Source: TPA_inf: Saccharomyces
Taxonomy: Eukaryota
Direction of reading: 5' to 3'
Assembly: GCA_000146045.2 (NCBI GenBank)
Contig: BK006937.2
Span: 96,001-160,000, forward strand
DNA: 64,000 nucleotides
The notes under the pieces were generated by a model, which was not told where the DNA came from, did not search any database, and was given only the letters and a program-made list of their open reading frames with translations. A program made the translations under genes and the position numbers. Positions 58,830 to 64,000 of this stretch are shown piece after piece (positions within the stretch are counted from its first letter, which is position 1; each line of letters starts with the position of its first letter).

Positions 58830-59096
58830 CTAAACAATATTAGCCATCAATTCAACTTTATTCGCAGTAAGCTCCTGCAGAACAGGCTTATCAATCATTA
58901 TGGTCTTAACGGAACGCCTAGGGACGCTGACTAGGCCCATCATTCTACTACTGGAGCCCATACGTTCCTCAACATGATCTAATAGCAAATTCATTTGGGC
59001 ATCTACAGCAACCAAGCTTCCAACTAAAATACGATCTTCTGTAAGGGAAACTATTAAAGTATTTCCAATAAAATCTGACAGTTTCAAGATGTCCAT
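58830..59096 (-). CDS. MAK31: Sm-like (LSm fold) protein, NatC N-acetyltransferase subunit
   Basis: The internal Met at MDILKLSDFIGNTLIVSLTEDRILVGSLVAVDAQMNLLL gives 88 aa. The Sm1/Sm2 motif pattern is visible (ILVGSLVAVDAQMNLLL ... IMIDKPVL). Confidence 0.8.
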   Translation of the reverse strand: MDILKLSDFIGNTLIVSLTEDRILVGSLVAVDAQMNLLLDHVEERMGSSSRMMGLVSVPRRSVKTIMIDKPVLQELTANKVELMANIV

Positions 59097-59319
59097 GACG
59101 CTTTGGTGCCCCTTACTAAGTTTGTTGAAGACTATCTTCACCCTATCAATGATATCATCGCATTTAAAAAATAGTCAGAACTCATGCACTTCGCGAGATA
59201 TTTTTTGAAAAAAAAAAAATTAATCCGCCACATAAGATGCACAAAATGAGCCTATAACATTGAATTTTATGATAGAACGAAAGGATTGTGTTATTTAGAA
59301 CAGAGTATCAGTATATCGT

Positions 59320-59556
59320 ATGTCACAGAACAACACAATCAGCTCAATGAATCCTGAAAGAGCTTACAACAATGTAACGCTGAAAAATTTAACAGCATTT
59401 CAGTTATTATCTCAAAGAGAAAACATATGCGAGTTATTGAACTTGGTAGAAAGTACGGAAAGACACAATAGTATTATCAATCCTGAAAGGCAAAGGATGA
59501 GTTTGGAAGAAATGAAAAAAATGCTCGATGCTTTGAAAAATGAAAGGAAAAAGTAG
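59320..59556 (+). CDS. HTL1: Small RSC chromatin-remodeller subunit
   Basis: The 78 aa length and the position between MAK31 and HSP30 match memory. Confidence 0.7.
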   Translation: MSQNNTISSMNPERAYNNVTLKNLTAFQLLSQRENICELLNLVESTERHNSIINPERQRMSLEEMKKMLDALKNERKK

Positions 59557-60108
59557 GAAAACGCAACATTCACAATTGTAAGCTACAAAATATTGAATGT
59601 GAATCCTGCTTCATTACAAATGAAGAATTTCAAAGCGTATCTAGTTCACCAAAAGTCACAATATCTTATTATTATTTGGAAGCTTTTATATGCATCTAAT
59701 GGTCATAAATCCCATCTCACTTTATAAAACAAGTTACCGCGAATGTATCCAGTGATACAGAATAGAGTGTAACAAATGAGAATAAAAATACCATATTATC
59801 GTTTAATTTTGGTAGGGTACGCTAAAATAAAGTGGTGTTTGCGTCTCCATATAACTAAAAAGAATTGAAATGGCCTACTATCGATTAGACTATTCAGGCA
59901 TGGAAGCAGTAAGAACATTTCTTGATTTTGGAAAAATGAGATTAGATTATTAATTATTGTGTTTGTGTATATAATTTATTTTGCATATTTCATAAAGAAA
60001 TTAAAATTAGATTATTAAATATTAAGTTTCATTAGTGACATTAAAAGAAGAAAACTGATGTTTTGAAATGTGTTAAGCAAAGAATGATTAAGACAATCTC
60101 AAGCTGCT

Positions 60109-61107
60109 CTAAGCAGTATCTTCGACAGCTTGCTCTGCTTCAGGTTCGGGTTCGTGGATTGCAGTCTCTCCAGATGCTCTTGGGCTCTCTGGAACAGCTT
60201 CTTTTGTTTCAGGAGCCGCATCTTCCACATCGTCCGTAGCATGGTGATGAGAGAATCCTCCTGTCAAAGATAGCCTTGGCAATTTGCCATCACGGCTGAC
60301 TGCAATTAGCAAGTAACATGGATAAATGGCAAATACACATAAATCCAAAACACCATAAAAGATAGCCTCACCGTCTGGTTGAATACGGTTACCACCATCA
60401 CTTAGACCCCAACAGATAAAGTACAACCAAACGATTACCATGCAGGTACACAGCATAAGTGCATTGAACCCTCTAGTTTTCAAATTGAAGAATTGACGTT
60501 GGCATATCACACCTTGGGTAACCAACATAGCGACAGCACCAATGGTGTAATAACCCCACTTGTAGGTGGACTTGATCAATGAACCAACTAATAGCGAAAC
60601 AACCCAGAATAAGGTACCCACGATTTGAATTAACAGCGAATGTACCATATCCAAGGCGGAAATGTCGTCATTCTCACCAGTAGTACTAGCGGCTAACTCG
60701 ATTAAAAATAAAAGGCATGGCCAGGACAAGAACCAGGCAATATATTTCGAGTAAAAGATTTGTCTAATACCGGGAACTTCACCTGTGATAGACTTGCTAA
60801 CCTTGACGTGGTTAAATTCAGCTTGAACACCAGTCCAACCTAAATCAGAAGCATAAGTGAAGAAAGCAAAAAATTCAAAGAAAGTGATCAAAAATGCAGG
60901 AGCTAAGGCATATCTAGTCAATCTGGAGCCCTTGTTCTCCGCAATGAAGAACATCACAACATAGCATAGCAATATAAAGCCAAAGACTGCAAACACTGCC
61001 CATAACCAATCCGAACCTCTCTTGGTAATGTGCATATCCAGGCCATGTGGTGGATTAAGCCCTAAAGCCTCGTTACGATTTAAAAAGCTTGATAGCGTAT
61101 CGTTCAT
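60109..61107 (-). CDS. HSP30: Plasma-membrane seven-TM heat-shock protein (microbial rhodopsin-like fold, no retinal Lys claimed)
   Basis: The internal Met at MNDTLSSFLNRNEALGLNPPHGLDMHI gives 332 aa. Seven hydrophobic helices are followed by a hydrophilic acidic C-terminal tail. Confidence 0.85.
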   Translation of the reverse strand: MNDTLSSFLNRNEALGLNPPHGLDMHITKRGSDWLWAVFAVFGFILLCYVVMFFIAENKGSRLTRYALAPAFLITFFEFFAFFTYASDLGWTGVQAEFNHVKVSKSITGEVPGIRQIFYSKYIAWFLSWPCLLFLIELAASTTGENDDISALDMVHSLLIQIVGTLFWVVSLLVGSLIKSTYKWGYYTIGAVAMLVTQGVICQRQFFNLKTRGFNALMLCTCMVIVWLYFICWGLSDGGNRIQPDGEAIFYGVLDLCVFAIYPCYLLIAVSRDGKLPRLSLTGGFSHHHATDDVEDAAPETKEAVPESPRASGETAIHEPEPEAEQAVEDTA

Positions 61108-61518
61108 TTGAAATTTGTTGTTTTTAGTAATCAAAAGATATTAAAGTCTCAAACTTGTTGTTTTGTTTTTGTAATTATAAATAATAATAATTGAGTTAAT
61201 ATTTGTTGTTGTGTTGTATTGCAGAATGTAAAAACAAGAAACAAGATTAGAAAGTGAATAGGTGTTACGCTAAATAATTGAAGACTCTCACAGACTTATA
61301 TATGATTTTTTTAGTGTGATACAACTTGTAATGAGGTAAGGGATTGATATTATACTTTCTAACTGATGATGAATATGAAAACTTTGGCCAATTAGGGAGA
61401 GGAAAGTTTTCGATGAGATGCTAGAAAAAAACTTGTCCTTGCCATAGCAGAAAGGGATGATGAAATAACGAAGATGAGCTAATTTGGTATTCGAATAAAC
61501 ATGCAGGATGTGGCGGAA

Positions 61519-61553
61519 GGGATCGGAATAAGAGTCGGGATCGGGATCGGGAT
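61519..61553. repeat. (GGGATC)n imperfect hexamer minisatellite
   Basis: GGGATCGGAATAAGAGTCGGGATCGGGATCGGGAT is read directly from the sequence, in the HSP30 upstream region. Confidence 0.8.
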
Positions 61554-62537
61554 ATGGCTTTGCTTACTTTAGCCATACCAAATATTCTTACAAAGCACGC
61601 TTTCGATGCGTTTTTGCCTTCTGAGAGAATCCTCCTACGGCTCGACCCTTGAAAAATTCTAGAGGATCTGGAAAATGGCCAACAAAATCGCGCAGGGAGA
61701 CGCAAGGAAAGTAAGTCAGATGGATCCGACTGTATGTAACAAGGGTTGCTGCAGCGGTTTTCCATCCCTTTCGGCACCCTGCACAAGTAGTTATTCTTAC
61801 TTATGCAAAACGGATATGAGCTACATAGCGTTCATTTTTTAGGTTTTCAGAAGCTATTACAACGCAGTAAAAAGGATACACAACTTTCTTACGGGGAAGA
61901 AGAATACGGCTCAATGCACCCACTTCAACCCCCGGTATCACGCGGCACTAAAGTTGTTTGATTGTAATAGTAATACTGCTGTTGAGGTTTTCTTCTTCAG
62001 GGCTGCTCACAACGTGATATATTTGAATTGACAGGACGTATTCAGCGCAGTTGAGGAAAATTAACATATGACATGCGCAGGAAATAAGTGCTCAAGTTTT
62101 CTACTTTTGAAGAAAGGACTTTGGTTTACTTGCCTACTATCTCCATGTCAAGTACTCGGTTGTATGATGTTAAGGAGCGCAGGGAACACTAATCGATAAA
62201 AAACCCTTATTGGCTATTACTAAATGTAACGGCCGTGCTCTAGTGAAATTTGTATAGAAAAATGGGTTCTCTCGCTCAAAATGGGCGCCATTACTTGTCT
62301 GGTCAAATTGAGTTCCTGGATATAATTACATAAACGGATTGAAATTTACATAAGGAGTATAATAATTCCGGAAACTATCTTGAGTGCAATGCCATCACGC
62401 GGCCATGCCTTGACATAACATGCTCTCATCAAAAAGGTGCAAATTTTCGCCAGTTATGGTTGATATCTAAAATCTACTGGAGTTCATTTTTTTTTTTATT
62501 AGATATCCTTTTTGCAAGCCTTCTGAAAAAAAATTTC

Positions 62538-64000
62538 TCATGTGGTACAGCGTTGGTTACTTAAGCTGCTTAAACTAGATCGATGAGCCATTCTTAAATC
62601 AGAAGACTGTGACTGCGAATTGTAGGCATCTTCACTACCCTGTCCATGAAGCTCATTTTCGTTATCATCAATTGGTGCTATCTTATAACTTTGATAAAGA
62701 GCTACCATACAAAAAAGACTTAACGACCACCAACTGACCCAGGCGACGTCATTTTGCTGGGACCAAGACATAATATAGCCCCATACTAAGGGACCTATGA
62801 AACGAGCAGAGGCAGAAATACTAATGGTGGCGCCATTGATGACTGATCTACAACTCAAGGGACTCGAATTATGAATTAATAACATAATTTGTGGTGACGT
62901 TAAAGCGCCACAAAATGTTTTTATCCCTGTGATTATGTACAAGTAGACGACAGTATACCAGCTAGGAATCCGTTCATTCTGTAGAAAAACAACGTAAGGA
63001 ACCATAACGTACATAATAGGGTACAGCTTGACTAAAGTTCTGAAAATTGTTAAACAATCGAAATTTCGATCAACTATGGGAAAAATGAAAATAACCACAA
63101 AACAACCAAAGATACCTGTTGTCGACAAAAGAGTACCGGTTTGTTCTGGTTCATAACCTATACCGCCAGATATTTTCCACGGAAATTTTGAAGCCAGCTT
63201 CTTTGGATTTTCTGGATCTACGGCTAAATCATAAGCTAAAAAAACAGGCAAAAATTCGTTGTATACAATCAAATGTAAAGCCATAATAAAATTCACCGAT
63301 ATAGGGTAAAATACTTTTGTATGAAAAACGTGATGAAATATACTACTTTCTTTACAACCGTCTGGAGCTGTATCTATATTGGCATGCACAGCGTCTGTTG
63401 GTTCATGCAGAGAATATGTCCTAATCAGGCCTACAGACTGTCTTCTTGTTAAAATAGGATCAATCGATTGTATGCTTTCAGTATCATCGTCATTGGTAGT
63501 ATTCACTAGGGGACTATTTTCATCCTCTTCACTATCTTGTCCTCGAATGCTGTTCACATTCTCATTACGGTGGTGAATGTTTTCCGAATCATCCTGAATG
63601 CGCTTTTGCCAGGGTCTTCTTTTCGGCTGTATACCAAATATATTCTTCTTAATAAAATCACCGACCTCTAAACCGTAATCTCTTCTATCTTTAAAAGCAG
63701 GATGTGTTTCTTCCAAAAACAATGTTGCATTAGTTAAACCAAACATCAAAAACATGCACACTACCACGTTTGGCAAGGCGTACGGATATGACCTAATTAT
63801 TCTTTTTGCAAAATGTGGAAACCATAGTGGCACTTCATTCATTGTTCCATCTCTAAATACAAGAAACCCACCGATCATAGGCCCAACAACGGCACCAAAT
63901 TGAAATAATAAAGGCATAGTACTGAAAGCTAAAGCCTGATGTTTTCTTTCAGTTGCTATTTCACCAATAATGGTTCTAATAACGCCGACGTTACCATTTA
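62538..64000 (-). CDS. YCR023C: MFS-family transporter, 5'-truncated by the window edge (3' part only)
   Basis: The minus-strand frame has a stop at 62538..62540. It remains open past the first Met (63917) to the end of the window (no stop codons in 63918..64000). MFS-like TM segments are visible with a large hydrophilic loop. The expected full length is about 611 aa, which would start beyond 64000. Confidence 0.7.
   Translation of the reverse strand, partial: NGNVGVIRTIIGEIATERKHQALAFSTMPLLFQFGAVVGPMIGGFLVFRDGTMNEVPLWFPHFAKRIIRSYPYALPNVVVCMFLMFGLTNATLFLEETHPAFKDRRDYGLEVGDFIKKNIFGIQPKRRPWQKRIQDDSENIHHRNENVNSIRGQDSEEDENSPLVNTTNDDDTESIQSIDPILTRRQSVGLIRTYSLHEPTDAVHANIDTAPDGCKESSIFHHVFHTKVFYPISVNFIMALHLIVYNEFLPVFLAYDLAVDPENPKKLASKFPWKISGGIGYEPEQTGTLLSTTGIFGCFVVIFIFPIVDRNFDCLTIFRTLVKLYPIMYVMVPYVVFLQNERIPSWYTVVYLYIITGIKTFCGALTSPQIMLLIHNSSPLSCRSVINGATISISASARFIGPLVWGYIMSWSQQNDVAWVSWWSLSLFCMVALYQSYKIAPIDDNENELHGQGSEDAYNSQSQSSDLRMAHRSSLSSLSNQRCTT

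Noticed and set aside
61421-61786. 121-aa minus-strand ORF upstream of HSP30 (dubious YCR022C)
   Set aside because: It contains the GGGATC minisatellite and sits in the HSP30 promoter. It has no domain signature.

Overview
This window is eukaryotic nuclear DNA that I recognise as Saccharomyces cerevisiae chromosome III spanning the centromere. It runs from BUD3 on the left arm through CEN3 to the 3' part of YCR023C on the right arm. The call rests on the PGK1 protein sequence (41746..42996), the CEN3 CDEI/CDEII/CDEIII elements (18385..18501), spliceosomal introns with GTATGT/TACTAAC signals, Ty1 delta LTRs beside tRNA genes, and about 40 ORFs matching known yeast proteins in known order and length. 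The known order is BUD3, YCL012C, GBP2, SGF29, ILV6, STP22, VMA9, LDB16, PGS1, YCL002C, RER1, YCL001W-A and YCL001W-B, CEN3, CDC10, MRPL32, YCP4, CIT2, tP(AGG), YCR007C, tN(GUU), SAT4, RVS161, ADY2, ADP1, PGK1, POL4, YCR015C, tG(GCC), YCR016W, CWH43, SRD1, tM(CAU), tK(CUU), MAK32, PET18, MAK31, HTL1, HSP30, YCR023C. I see no prokaryotic-style system here (no CRISPR, operons or defence islands). The repeats present are Ty LTR remnants, and the region is among the best characterised in any genome, so I do not claim a novel system. The features most worth a second look are a tRNA/LTR hotspot with four nested LTR remnants between SRD1 and MAK32, a pair of adjacent ORFs that look like a broken DOM34 paralog, three small intron-containing genes within 10 kb, a GC-rich block between ADY2 and ADP1, and promoter elements readable directly from the sequence (CIT2 R-boxes, PGK1 Rap1 site with CTTCC boxes). 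For several ORF-track entries the start codon was moved to an internal Met to match remembered protein lengths. Those adjustments and all gene names are from memory, not from any search.
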